Source: Octopus sinensis
Lineage: Eukaryota
Direction: 5' to 3'
Length of the DNA: 54,895 nucleotides
Assembly (NCBI RefSeq): GCF_006345805.1
Contig: NW_021833826.1
Span: forward strand, 1-54,895
Made by a program: the position numbers and the translations under genes. The notes below the pieces were generated by a model. It was not told the origin of the DNA. It did not search any database and saw nothing but the letters and a program-made list of their open reading frames with translations. Every line of letters starts with the position of its first letter. Within the stretch, counting starts at the first letter, position 1. This document shows positions 13,941 to 26,813 of the stretch, one piece after another.

Positions 13941-14742
13941 AATATTATTGATTGTCACAGAATAATTATCAATCGCAACTTCAAAAATTCAAATTCCATT
14001 ACTTCAGTTTTCAAATATTATTGATTGTCACAGAATAATTATCAATCGCAACTTCAAAAATTCAAATTCCATTACTTCAGTTTTCAAATATTATTGATTG
14101 TCACAGAATAATTATCAATCGCAACTTCAAAAATTCAAATTCCATTACTTCAGTTTTCAAATATTATTGATTGTCACAGAATATTTATCAATCGCAACTT
14201 CAAAAATTCAAATTCCATTACTTCAGTTTTCAAATATTATTGATTGTCACAGAATAATTATCAATCGCAACTTCAAAAATTCAAATTCCATTACTTCAGT
14301 TTTCAAATATTATTGATTGTCACAGAATAATTATCAATCGCAACTTCAAAAATTCAAATTCCATTACTTCAGTTTTCAATATTATTGATTGTCACAGAAT
14401 AATTATCAATCGCAACTTCAAAAATTCAAATTCCATTACTTCAGTTTTCAAATATTATTGATTGTCACAGAATAATTATCAATCGCAACTTCAAAAATTC
14501 AAATTCCATTACTTCAGTTTTCAAATATTATTGATTGTCACAGAATAATTATCAATCGCAACTTCAAAAATTCAAATTCCATTACTTCAGTTTTCAAATA
14601 TTATTGATTGTCACAGAATAATTATCAATCGCAACTTCAAAAATTCAAATTCCATTACTTCAGTTTTCAAATATTATTGATTGTCACAGAATAATTATCA
14701 ATCGCAACTTCAAAAATTCAAATTCCATTACTTCAGTTTTCA
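13941..14742. repeat. Minisatellite, 73-bp unit x 11
   Basis: Unit aatattattgattgtcacagaataattatcaatcgcaacttcaaaaattcaaattccattacttcagttttca; nearly identical copies, one with a 1-bp deletion. Confidence 0.97.
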
Positions 14743-14779
14743 CTTTTTGTTTGTAAAATAAAAAAAAATATATATATAG

Positions 14780-15159
14780 ACTAGCAGTATCGCCCGGCGT
14801 TGCTCGGGTTTGTAAGGGAAATAACTATAAAGCATTTTTAGCAAAAATATTGAAAAATATTGAAAATAGCAAAAAAATTGAAAAAAAATTATGGTAAATT
14901 TATTTTTGAGAGTTAAAAGGGTGGAGTTGCGTCCCCTAGACAGTCTGTGGTTTGTGTTTCTGATTCTCGACCCCATGTCGAATTTATCGATTTTTTTCAG
15001 AACTGGGGGAACTTTTCAAAATTTTCGCTGCGTTAGTTTTTAATTATGACATTGGGCTATGTGTGTGTCAAGTTTCATCAGAATCGGTTGAAAGCCGTGG
15101 TCAGGGTGAGGGTACAACCTGACAGACACACAGAAAAACTGCCGTTTATATATAGAGAT
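14780..15159 (+). mobile_element. Non-autonomous Helitron/Helentron-like element
   Basis: 5' actagcagtatcgcccggcgttgctcggg subterminal hairpin; 3' acagacacacag...tttatatatagagat end. Confidence 0.5.
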
Positions 15160-15791
15160 TTTTAGAGAGTTACTTCCCTTATGCCAACAATGCGTTTAAA
15201 ATGGTGAAAATTGATGGTAAATTTTTCTTTAAATCGTAGGCAATTTTCCGAGCCCCCTCCCCTCCCCGTTTGTCAACTCGCTTTTTTTTCGTCATATTCC
15301 TTCAATATACGATGCCTTACACCTGTTACACATTTTTTTTTCCATTTTTGCCACCTGGGCGTGGATCCTCTACGGTTGATCCTGGGAATTTTCCGAGCCC
15401 CCCCCCCACCCCCGTTCGTCAGCGCCCTTTTTTTCCGTCTTATTCCGTCAATATACGATGCCTTACAACTGTTACACATTTTAGTTTCCAGGTTGATCCT
15501 GGGAATTTTCCGAGCCCCCCCCCCCCCCACTCAGTAAATTATAAGGAAACAAGACAGAGGCGTAAATTATTCGAAACTCTTCCATATCCCACCGTCTCCG
15601 AGTTTTACACAAATAATTCGTAAATTCGTATATAATCGTAATCTACACAATCTGAAAAGTATTATCATCGTAATCTACATCACCAGAAATCTAGTAATAG
15701 AAAATTTTGAATTACCGTTAAGCCACAAAATCTTCCAACGATTTAATTCATACCACATGTAACACTCGAACCAAAGGTGTTTTTGAAATGT

Positions 15792-16630
15792 CCACGTGCG
15801 CACACCCGCGCTAGCTAGTCGTGATTAGTCGATCCTACAACGACTGCCTAGCGCATGTGCGCGTATGCAAATTAATATTTGGGTTGTTTTTTTTTAAACA
15901 AAATAAATAATTTTTACAGAAAATAACTTCTTTTACACAAAGTAAATAATAGATGGGGATCTTTTCGGTTTGAACGGCAGTTTTTTCTAGCGGTGTCATA
16001 TGAAATTGTCACCCATAATTATGACCCGAGTATCGATCTATTGCATTTCAATCTATTTTAGGGTTAGGGTTAGTGGGAAGGGTATCTTTTTTTATTCACA
16101 AATGTAGATAAACCCAGTCTGTTTCTTAAACGAGGGACATATTCATACGGCAAAGAATGTTTTTTAGCTCTATGGACGTCATTGATTAGTTGAAATTGCA
16201 GAAATTGAAGGAAAAACCCCCCAAATATCTTACAAACTATAGAATTTTCTCAATAAAGCCAAGAGAAAAAGATGTTTTAAAAACACAATCTACCAGTATA
16301 CGAAGTTTAAAAGTGTTTAGTTACGTGGAAATTATGTTAAAAACTGCCGTTCAAACCGAAAAGATCCATAGATGGATTTTTTTGAAACAAAATAAATAAT
16401 TTTTACACAAAGTAAATAATTTTTTTAAATAAATAAAAACACAAAGTAAATTTTTAAACAAAATAAATAAATTTTTCTAAACAAATTAAATAAAAATAAC
16501 ACACTACGGGTGTAAAGAAATTATTTATTTTGTTTAAAAAAAAACATTAATTTGCATACGCGCACTCGCGCTAGGTACTCATTATAGGATCGACTAATCA
16601 CGACTAGCCACCGCGGATGCGTGCACCGGG
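15792..16630. mobile_element. CpG-rich TIR element, interrupted by a MITE
   Basis: Left arm gcgctagctagtcgtgattagtcgatcct...; right arm aggatcgactaatcacgactagc...; related to 45450-45907. Confidence 0.65.
15957..16367. mobile_element. Merlin-like MITE
   Basis: GGATC TIRs; TSD atagatgg at 15949-15956 and 16368-16375. Confidence 0.88.
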
Positions 16631-16890
16631 AGCACTCATCTTAAACAGTACTCCGTTAAAGCTATATGGGGTGTTTGTAATCGACTTTCTCTTCGCCTCA
16701 AACATTGCTGGTCCTGGGCCAAAATTGAAAACCATCACCATCATCGTTACTATTATTAATATAACCTTCAAGTAAGTCTTTATCAACTCACCAATTACTT
16801 AGTGTCTCATTAACAAACAAGACAACACTAATTAATGTGGTTTTCTCTGATCGGTTTCCTCTCATTTTACTAATTAATTATGCTACATTA

Positions 16891-17123
16891 TATATATATA
16901 TATATATATATACTCTTTTACTTGTTTCAGTCATTTGACTGCGGCCATGCTGGAGCACCGCATTTAATCGAGCAACTCGATCCCGGGTCTTATTCTTTTG
17001 TAAGCCCAGTACTTATTCTATCTGTCTCTTTCGGCCGAACCGCTAAGTAACGGGAACATAAACACACCAGCATCGGTTGTCAAGCAATGCTACGGGGACA
17101 AACACAGACACACAAACACACAC

Positions 17124-17156
<33 letters not shown>

Positions 17157-17164
17157 TACATATA

Positions 17165-17242
<78 letters not shown>

Positions 17243-17426
17243 TATACACATATATACGTATATATATATACACATATATACGACAGGCTTCTTTCAGTTT
17301 CCGTCTACCAAATCCACTCACAAGGCTTTGGTCGGCCCGGGGCTATAGTAGAAGACACTCGCCCAAGGTGCCACGCAGTGGGACTGAACCCGGAACCATG
17401 TGGTTGGTAAACAAGCTACTTAACAC
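16891..17426 (-). mobile_element. SINE family A with expanded (TA)n microsatellite
   Basis: TSD taatta(t/c)gctacatta at 16875-16890 and 17427-17442. Confidence 0.85.
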
Positions 17427-17439
17427 TAATTACGCTACA

Positions 17440-17776
17440 TTACTCTCATTTTACCAACGAATTTCCTTTATATTACATGTAATTCTCATAAACAACAGGT
17501 CGACATTTCAGTTAAGAATTTATTAATTAGGATGAGGAAATATATTTTCCTGATGCTGTTTTGTTTTCGCTTCGAAAAATAATTACTTTAACATCGAGAG
17601 GTTCACATAATTCTATCATTTACATTATTATCATTATCACCATTACAACCTTAAAGTATATCTTTGTCAACTCACCGTATTCAGATACAAACAACGAGTC
17701 AGTGGTCAGTAATTAAAAACCTTAATTGATAATTTAAATGGCGCTTGTTTCAAGTGTTGCAGCAGTTATTTCCCTT
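17440..17776 (-). other. Conserved upstream block with candidate donor for Z3
   Basis: Minus strand gaatacg|GTGAGT at 17675-17670; second GTGAGT at 16791-16786; the block continues at 18848-18900 beyond the RTE insertion. Confidence 0.45.
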
Positions 17777-18847
17777 CCTCTATCTATCCGCTCAGTCGAA
17801 GTCGACTCTCGGTCACTCGTTGGATCAGTGTCAGTTCTATCCTAGGCCGCTTCCTTCAGATTGGCCATGTCCATTCCGGTATCACTCTTGATGGTGTCAA
17901 GCCAGCGGGTTCTTGGTCGGCCTCATCCTCTCTTGTCACTGACCATTCCAAGCATGATGTCCTTCTACAGGGATTTTCTCTGCATAATATGACCGAAATA
18001 TGCCAATCTATGCTCGGTGATCCAAGCTTCTAGCAACATTTTTGGCCTGATCTGCTTAAGAATTTCTCCATTGACCAGCACCGTGTATATATATATCTAT
18101 TTATCTATCCGTTCAGTCGAAGTCGACTATCGGTCACTCGTTGGATCAGTGTCCTCCAGTCAGTTCTATCCTTTCAGATTGGCCATGTCCATTCTGGTAT
18201 CACTCTTGATGGTGTCAAGCCAGCGGGTTCTTGGTCGGCCTCTTCCTCTCTTGTCACTGACCATTCCAAGCATGATGTCCTTCTACAGGGATTTTCTCTG
18301 CATAATATGACCGAAATATGCCAATCTATGCTTGATGGTCCAAGCTTCTAGCAACATTTTCGGCCTGATCTGATTAAGAATTTCTCCATTGACCAGCACC
18401 ATATATATATATATATTTATCTATCCGCTCAGTCGAAGTCGACTCTCAGTCACTCGTTGGATCAGTGTCCTCCAGTCAGTTCTATCCTGGGCCGCTTCTT
18501 TCAGATTGGCTATGTCCATTCCGGTATCACTGTTGATGGTGTCAAGCCAGCGGGTTCTTGGTCGGCCTCTTCCTCTCTTGCCACTGACCATTTCAAGCAT
18601 GATGTCCTTCTCCAGGGATTTTCTCTGCATAATATGACCGAAATATGCCAATCTACGCTTGGTGATCCCAGCTTCTAGTGACATTTTCGGCCTGATCTGA
18701 TTAAGAACTTCTCCATTGGTGAGCCTCGCTTTCCATGGAATCCGCAAAAGTCTTCTCCAACACCAAAGCTTGAATGCATTAATTCTCTTCTGGTCAGCTT
18801 TCTTTAGTGTCCAGGTCTCGCATCCATATGTTGCTATTGGGAAGACA
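17777..18847 (-). mobile_element. 5'-truncated RTE-clade LINE with triplicated 3' end
   Basis: PWKARLTNGEVL...RRLAYFGHIMQR...GKRGRGRPRTRWLD (RTE RT tail); (GATA)n tail; flanking atttccctt at 17768-17776 and 18848-18856. Confidence 0.85.
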
Positions 18848-19073
18848 ATTTCCCTTTATATGATTGTATTTTTTTAATTCTCCAATAGATGGCTCTACTA
18901 ACTGGTTGGATTTATTTCAGTCTTTTACTTTGTCTAATTCTGTGAACAACTTCACCATCACATTTCCACCAAGTGATTCGAAGAAGGTCTAGTCAAGACA
19001 CATCTCCGTATAAGATCACCCGAAAAATTGTTGGGTACAAACACAGAGCTCACAGCAAAAGAAAACAACTTTG

Positions 19074-19487
19074 GGATCTTTTCGGTATGAACGGCAAATT
19101 TTTCCAGTGGTGTCATATGAAATTGTCTCCCATAATTATGACCTTAGTATCGATCTATTGCATTTCAATCTGTTTTAGGGTTAGGGGTGGGGGAAAGGGT
19201 ATATTTTTTTTCTTCACAAATGTAAATAAACCCAATCTGTTTCTTAAACGAGGGGCATATTCATACGGCACAGAATGTTTTCGCCTCAATAGACGTCAGT
19301 GATTGGTTGAAATTGCAGAAATTGAAGAAAAACAACAACAAATATCTTACAAACTATAGAATTTTCTCAATAAAGCCAAGAAAAAAAAATGTTTTATATA
19401 CACATTCTACCAGTATACAAAGTTTAAAAGTGTTTAATTACGTGGAAATTATTTTTTAAAAAACTGCCAGTCAAACCGAACAGATCC
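19074..19487. mobile_element. Merlin-like MITE
   Basis: GGATC TIRs and internal match to 15957; no TSD recognisable. Confidence 0.8.
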
Positions 19488-20585
19488 GACTATACAACAC
19501 ATTGCCCACAAATGCAGGAACCATGTTCAGGGTAGTTAATTTAATTCATAGGATTTCTCCCTTTCAAATGTCCCCCTCGTCAGCCTTAATTTTGTTTTCT
19601 TCACTATTGAATATATTGTTGTCCATTTTGATTTCATCAGCATCAACTTGGATGTCGTCCCCCTAAAACAGAAAAGGGATCTTCACCTTTTGACCTACAT
19701 ATTTCAAAAATAACTTTTTGTAACTAAACACTTTCAAACTTAGGACACTTGTAGAATGTGTCATATAAAACGTGTTTTACTCTTAGCATTTTTGAGAAAA
19801 ACTTGGATACACGATGTGTGACTGGAAATCGAACTTGCAACCTTACGATTGGAGGCATATACTCTACCGACTAGGGGGCCATATACTCTAGCCACTTCAC
19901 AGTGAAATGAGTGGAAAACGGCTAAGTATTTAGAGAAATGTTGAATCGATTCATCTATATACAGAATGTTGTAAAAGTTTCAAACCCTCAATGGATTCTG
20001 ACCCATGCAAACATAGACATTAAATGGATGACAGTGTTGATGTTGTAAGATTTGCAATGTTGAATTACTATGTCATTTAATGATTCTCTTTATCTCACTG
20101 CTTCTTTTTCTATTTCAGAATATCGCATCATGGTGACGTAAAAGAAATTTCTTCGTTCAGACATGCCCCTGATATTTCTGTTGACTTTCATCAATTAGAG
20201 GAAGACCATATGTTCATAAGGCACATTCATCAACGCATCGACTTCTTTGTATAAATGAAATCTTCAACAAACGATGGGAAAATATTTCTTCTGGACAATG
20301 TAATTAACAGCAACATTTACTTGCCTTCACTGTTTGGAATGTAAAAAAGGTGATTGCTTGGTTAATTAAGCTTGGATAAATTTACAAAAGTTTTAACTGT
20401 TTACATCTGCCGTTTTAGATATTAAGCAAGAACACAGATGAAAGAAACACAGTGTTAAATTATTCTCTGAAAATACTGACACAACTGGACACAGATATCG
20501 TCGTTTAACGTCCGTTCTCCATGCTAGCATGGGTTGGACAAAAATCGTTATCATTGTGTTACGTATGAGAAATTAGTATCTTATA

Positions 20586-21806
20586 ATGAATGATTTAAGA
20601 AAACCAAACAAACCTGATTCAGGTGAGAAGCCATATCACTGTGATATCTGTGGTAAAACATTCACTGAAGAAACAGTCTTGACCAAACACAAATGCATTG
20701 ATACAGGAGAGAAATCACATCACTGTGATATCTGTGGTAAATCATTCTCTAAAAATAGTCATTTGACTCGTCACAAACATATTCATACTGGAAACAAAGC
20801 ATATCACTGTGATGTCTGTGGTAAATCATTTTCCCGAAATTGTCACTTGATTAATCACATACGTATTCATACAGGGGAAAGACCATATCGTTGTGATATC
20901 TGTGGTGAATCATTTTCTCAAAGGAATCACTTGACTAAACACAAACTTACGCATACAGGAGAGAAAGCATATCATTGTAATATTTGCGGTAAATCATTCT
21001 CTCAAAGTAGTTCTTTGACTATTCACGTACGTACACATACAGGAGAGAAGCCATATCATTGCAATATCTGTGGTAAATCATTCTCTCGAAGTAGTGACTT
21101 GTATAGACACAAACGTACACATACGGGAGAAAAACCATATCATTGTGATATCTGTGGTAAATCATTCTCTCGAAGTAGTGACTTGTATAGACACAAACGT
21201 ACACATACGGGAGAAAAACCATATCATTGTGACTTCTGTGGTAAATCATTTTCTGAAAGTGGTCACTTGACTAATCACATACGTATTCATACTGGGGAAA
21301 ATCCATATCATTGTGATATCTGTGGTGAATCATTTTCTCATAATAACTCTTTAACTTATCACAAACGTGTTCATACAGGTGAGAAGCCATATCATTGTGA
21401 TATCTGTGGTAAATCTTTCTTTCTAAATAGTAACTTAACAACACACAAACGTATTCACACAGGAGAGAAGCCATATCATTGTGATATCTGTGATAAATCA
21501 TTCTCTAGAAATAATCATTTGACTCGTCACAAACATATTCATACTGGAGAAAAACCATATCTTTGTGATATCTGTGATAAATCATTTTCATGTAATAATG
21601 ACTTGAGTAAACATAAACGTATCCATACTGGGGAAAAGCCATATCAGTGTGATATCTGTGGCAAATCATTCTCTCATAGTACCACTTTAACTAGTCACAA
21701 ACGTATTCATACAGGAGAAAAGCCATGTCATTGTAATATCTGTGGTAAATCATTCTCTCAAAAAGGCTACTTAAGTACACATTGGAGTATTCATACACAA
21801 GTGTAA
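20586..21806 (+). CDS. Z4: intact C2H2 zinc-finger protein, 406 aa (13 canonical + 1 degenerate finger)
   Basis: Track [19 protein letters not shown]...HTQV*; acceptor tttctatttcAG at 20117-20118. Confidence 0.95.
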   Translation: MNDLRKPNKPDSGEKPYHCDICGKTFTEETVLTKHKCIDTGEKSHHCDICGKSFSKNSHLTRHKHIHTGNKAYHCDVCGKSFSRNCHLINHIRIHTGERPYRCDICGESFSQRNHLTKHKLTHTGEKAYHCNICGKSFSQSSSLTIHVRTHTGEKPYHCNICGKSFSRSSDLYRHKRTHTGEKPYHCDICGKSFSRSSDLYRHKRTHTGEKPYHCDFCGKSFSESGHLTNHIRIHTGENPYHCDICGESFSHNNSLTYHKRVHTGEKPYHCDICGKSFFLNSNLTTHKRIHTGEKPYHCDICDKSFSRNNHLTRHKHIHTGEKPYLCDICDKSFSCNNDLSKHKRIHTGEKPYQCDICGKSFSHSTTLTSHKRIHTGEKPCHCNICGKSFSQKGYLSTHWSIHTQV

Positions 21807-22255
21807 CTGTATCAATATCAAAATTTATTAAAACATGACAACAATTATGAACATTTTGTCTGCTAAAAGACAGGGTTTATTCCTCTTCAAGCTTGATATT
21901 ATCAACTTCAGTTTCTTGGATGTCAAAATGAAATTCATGAATCACAACTTCAATATCATTTATATATCTAAATATGTCAACACAGAGATGACTTTGATTT
22001 CTGAAGAGGATTGTGCTGGATTTTTGAGGAATTTGTTATGAGAGAATAAAGGAATGGGAATGAGGAATAAAAGTTTTAAGTGACATTGATTTTGTCTTTG
22101 TTGTGTTTTCATCATCATCATCCTCTAACATCCATTTTTAGCATCCGTCTTCTATGCAGGCTTTGATGGGAAAGTGTGACATGAGCTGGCAAGCCAGAGT
22201 GCTGCTCCATGTTCCTGTCAGATTGGGCTTCGTTGCTTTGGCTCTCTGCCCTTAA

Positions 22256-22976
22256 CCCCTTCAATACCAACCCATGTGAAACCACCTCTGGCTCTGTAGT
22301 GCAAATGTCTTGTTATCATAAATTTTGAATTAAAATCTTCCACCAAACCTTAGTCACAATTTATGTTCCTAACACTATCTTAATGATAATGAAGTTATTT
22401 TACTAAATTCTTTGTTATATTTAAAATTAATTGAAGGAAACACAGAGCATCTCAACAGAAGTATGCTAACAAAAGGGTTAAAATATATAATAGAGAAACA
22501 ATTCTTAACCCTTTTGATACCAACCTACCTGAAACCACCTCTGGCTCTGTAGTGCAAATGTCTTGTTATCATAAGTTCTGAATTAAAATCTTCCATCAAA
22601 CCTTAGTCTCATTTTATGTTCCTAACACTATCTTAATGATAATGAAGTTATTTTACTAAATTCTTTGTTATATTTAAAATTAATTGAAAGAAACAGCATC
22701 TCAACAGAAGTATGCTAACAAAAGGGTTAAAATATATAATAGAGAAACAATTCTTAACCCTTTTGATACCAACCTACCTGAAACCACCTCTGGCTCTTTA
22801 ATATAAATGTCTTGTTATAAATTTTGAATTAAAATCTTCCACCAAATCTTACTCATAATTTATGTTCCTAACACTAGCTTAACGATAATGAAGTTATTTT
22901 ACTAAATTCTTTGTTATATTTAAAATTAATTGAAGGAAACACAGAGCATCTCAACAGAAATATGGTAATGAAAGGG
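22256..22976. mobile_element. Three tandem piggyBac-like MITEs
   Basis: 22256-22477, 22509-22726 and 22758-22976, each TTAA|CCC...GGG|TTAA, separated by an identical 23-bp spacer. Confidence 0.78.
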
Positions 22977-23409
22977 TTAAGATACATAGCGCATTTTATA
23001 AATATTCCTGTTCAAGAATCATAACAGTATCAAACAAGTAGTAGCGCTTTCAGTTGTGTATTTAATTTGATATATGTATTTGTGTGAACATGATATCAGT
23101 CTGACAACTAAAATAATAGAAATCTTGTATTTTGAGTATTTTTTTATATGAGGCAGAAGCATGGACTCCCCTCTACGAAGAAATAGAAAAGCTGAAATTT
23201 TTTCGCATGTGGTGTTTCAAGCACAACATATGCAGCAAAATGGCAAGATAAGACATTAAATGTAAAAATTTTAGTAAAATGTGATATGTCCAGTATCCAA
23301 GGCATACGGATGAGAATTCAGTGCAGATGGGTAGGAGATGTTTTCCAAAGACGAAATGATCACATTCCAAAAATTCTTCTGTAAGGCCAACAAGTGGCAG
23401 AGGAACTCG

Positions 23410-24320
23410 TCTGGTCCCCGTGCCGGTGGCACGTAAAGAGCACCATCCAAGCGTGGTCGCTGCCAGACTCCTCTGGCACCTGTTGCTCGATTAAAGGCGG
23501 TGCTCCAGCATGGCTGCGGTCAAATGACTGAAACAAGTAAAAGAGTAACACTTTTGTTCCTGGTTAATTTAACGTATATATTTCTTTACTGGCCACAAGG
23601 GGCTAAACATACAGGGAACAAAGGGATTAAGTCGATTACATTGACCCCAGTGCGAAACTGGTACTTTATTTGTAGACCCCGAAAGGATGAAAGGCAAAGT
23701 CGACCTTGGCGGAATTTGAACTCAGAACGTAACGGCAGACGAAATACCTATTTCTTTACTACCCACAAGGGGCTAAACACAGAGGGAACAAACAAGGACA
23801 GACAAAGGGATTAAGTCAGTTACATCGACCCTAGTGCGTAACTGGTACTTAATTTATTGACCACGAAAGGATGAAAGGCAAAATCGACCTCGGCGGAATT
23901 TGAACTCAGAACGTAACGACAGACGAAATACTGGTAAGCGATTCGCCCAGCGCACTAACGTGTCTGCCAGCTTGCCGCTTTTTTAAATTTTACGTATAGC
24001 TTAAGGTGCAGGCTCAGTGGTTAGAGCGTCGAGCTTACGATCATGAGGTTGTGAGTTCAAATCCCGGACCGGGCTGCGTGTTGTGTTCTTGAGCAAGACA
24101 CTTTATTTCACGTTGCTCCAATTCACTCAGCTGCAGAAATGAGTTGCGACATAACAGGTGCCAAGCTGTATCGGCCCCTTTGCCTTTCTCCTTGGATAAC
24201 ACTGGTATGCATGGGTGATTGCTGGTCTTCCATAAACAACCTCGCCCAGAATTGTGCCTGGGAGGGTATCTTTAGAGGTGCAATTCCATGGTCTGTGTCG
24301 TGACCGAAGTGGTCTCAAGG
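23410..24320. mobile_element. SINE cluster (D and A fragments, two minus-strand B copies, one C copy)
   Basis: Family motifs in succession; the family C head ggctcagtggttagagc...gagttcaaatcc with CORE-like gttcttgagcaagacact starts at ~24005. Confidence 0.75.
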
Positions 24321-24539
24321 TCCACAACATGGTGGGAGATAGAGAGGGTGGGTCATGATGAGTATTCCAGATAACGTCTGGATAGAATGCGACGTCACAT
24401 GTGGGATATTCAAAGTGTAATTAGCTTTAATGATAACAAAGTGGGAGGCGGCCCCATGACACTGTGTATATTTCAATGGAAGCATCCTCACCACAACTGA
24501 ATGGATGGTTATGAAACAATAGAGGGGCAGTCATCGTTA

Positions 24540-25288
24540 ATCGCCTGGAAGCCTTTCAGCAACATGCAACCAAGAGAATACCCTCCATCAGGCATTTGCC
24601 ATATTCTGAAAGCCTTACTTCCCTGGGCATAGATACATTGAAACTCTGACTTGGCAGATACCCATAAAATTATTAACCATCTTACTAACAATAAGTCTGA
24701 GCACCTTTTCAAACTCCATCCATCTAACACCCATGGACATGTTTACAAAGCCAGAAAACAGCACAGCTCCCATGACTTTTGGAAACATTTTAGAATACCC
24801 TCCATCAGGCATTTGCCATATTCTAAACGCCTTACTTCCCTGGGCATGGACACATTGAAACTCCGTCTGGCAGCTGACTTGGCAGACACCCATAAAATTA
24901 TCAACCATCTTACAAACAATAACTCTGAGTACCTTTTCAAACTCCACCTGTCTAACACCTGTGAACATGTTTACAAAGTCAGAAAACAGCACAGTTCCCA
25001 TGACTTTCGGAAACATGTTTTCACGCTAAGAGTTGCTGAAGTATAGAACAAAACGCCAGCATCAGTTGTTAGTTGTCGGACCACTGCATCCTTCAAAACT
25101 TCCATGCTTCCTGAGATTCTCCAACACTACACCTGACTTTCTCCCCTCCATACACATGCAAGCATCTATCTGACTCATACACTGTTCGCTTCCCAGACAT
25201 TTGTACATTACTGCATATGCTTTATACGCACTTTTGACAAGTTGTGGTGCACCTGAGCACTGTATACAATAATTTCATTATTATTATT
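24540..25288 (+). mobile_element. CR1-clade LINE 3' fragment with internal duplication
   Basis: RLEAFQ..ATKRIPSIRHLPYS.RL..LG.DTLKLR...HSSHDFRKH.FTLRV motif; 3' end aataatttcattattatt. Confidence 0.82.
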
Positions 25289-26407
25289 AGATCAGGGTGA
25301 AGTGTGGAGGAATGATAGTGACCAGAATGTAAGGAAGTGAAGGACCGGAAGTGGAAAAACACGATGTCGTGTATCTTACTTTCCCTTGCTTTTCCCTCTG
25401 GCTGAGTAGACCTGTATCTCCCCTATAGCATCAGACGTGGGTGACATGCAACATATTTACATCTATACATATGTTGGCACAAACCGAAAAGATCCTTATC
25501 CATTTTATAGCGGAGCGACTATCATTGTGGAGCACTGACTTAATGACACACTATAATTTCATCAGTATGAAAGAAAGAGGGGTCACCATCTTGTTCGTAA
25601 CAACAAGAAAATAGAAGTTCACGAGACGTTTGTAATAAGTCATAACTCCAAGCTTAAAACATTACATGAATACCGTAAATCCTTGAGTATAATCCACACT
25701 TTTTTCCCCAAAATTTAAAGGTCAAAATCCCTAGTGCATACTATATACGAGGTTAAAAATGAAAAACATTTTCTAAGCAATGTCCGAGTCTCTGCTGTCC
25801 GGCAATGTTTACTTGATGCATTTTGTGATGTCGGGTGCAAAAATACGTTAAGCTAAGCCTGAAAGCAATGAAGTCATAAAAGAATCATCCATAACTTGCA
25901 GTAAGAAACATTTATTAAAATAAAAGCATTCAGAACACAGGATAACATGTAACAAAAACAATTTGCAAACATATTTACATTCCCATATAACAGTTAAGAA
26001 CATCACCATTATTGTATTACGCATGCACGGAAGTGTTTGTTCAACTGGGTGCTGCTGGCTTAATTATGCATGGATTGTGCTTAATAGTTTAGCGCTAATA
26101 GTTCATCCTGCTGAATTTTTGGAAAGCATTCACATTTCATTTGAAAAACATGTCCTACCAATCTTCACTGAATTCTCATCAACATGCTTTGAATACTGGA
26201 CATATCACATTTTTCTAAGATTTTTACATTTGATGTCTTATTTTGCCATTTGGTTGCATATGCTATGGTGCATACACCACATTTGAAAGGTTTGGAGATT
26301 TTCTATTTCCCTATCGAAGTGAGTCCCTGCTTCTGCCCCAGACATAAACACGCTCAAAATACGAGACTTGTATACACTTATTCTAGCTATCAGACTGACA
26401 TCCTGTC

Positions 26408-26450
<43 letters not shown>

Positions 26451-26463
26451 TTATATCAAATTA

Positions 26464-26813
26464 CAAAATAAGAAAATGGAGGAACAGATTAATTTCAATC
26501 ATCAACTTCCAGATAATACCAATTCATATAATTTATTAATTAATTATTTAGGAACATCCAGATCAAACAGAATAAAACAGTACACATCAATGAGTAAGAT
26601 AATACCATAAGAACAATACATATAAATAAATATAAATATAAAAATATAAAATGTTCTTATGGTATTATATTACTCATTGATGTGTACTGTTTTGTTCTTT
26701 ATTATTCTGTTTGATCTGGATATTCCTAAATAATTAGTTAATAAATTATATGAACTGGTATTATCTGGAAGTTGATGATTGATAGAAATCTATTCCTTCA
26801 TTTTCTTATTTTG
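26464..26813. mobile_element. AT-rich palindromic MITE flanked by TA
   Basis: ~150-bp arms starting caaaataagaaaatg and ending cattttcttattttg; second copy at 38675-39018. Confidence 0.7.

Larger units (their letters stand above)
13531..15530. repeat. Inverted-repeat (foldback-type) arms 13531-13839 and 15233-15530
   Basis: Arms are reverse complements built of ~150-bp subunits (cggaaaattcccaggatcaaccgtagaggatcc...), related to the 43459 element. Confidence 0.75.

Noticed and set aside
13941-14742. Regular repeat array as a CRISPR locus
   Set aside because: Units are contiguous 73-bp copies with no unique spacers, there are no cas genes, and the context is eukaryotic.
16064-16075. TTAGGG repeats as an interstitial telomere
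   Set aside because: Only about two units, and they are an internal part of the GGATC MITE in several copies.
17043-17526. YI/IY-repeat ORFs
   Set aside because: Translations of a (TA)n microsatellite inside a SINE.
19805-19878. tRNA gene on the minus strand (likewise the heads at 24005 and 35280)
   Set aside because: A-box and B-box-like motifs are present, but no complete cloverleaf or acceptor stem could be formed; consistent with SINE heads.
20634-20705. First repeat ending HKCID as a novel metal-binding variant (also in Z1 and Z6)
   Set aside because: Most simply a degenerate finger lacking the last His and inherited by duplication; the Cys spacing does not fit a C2HC finger.
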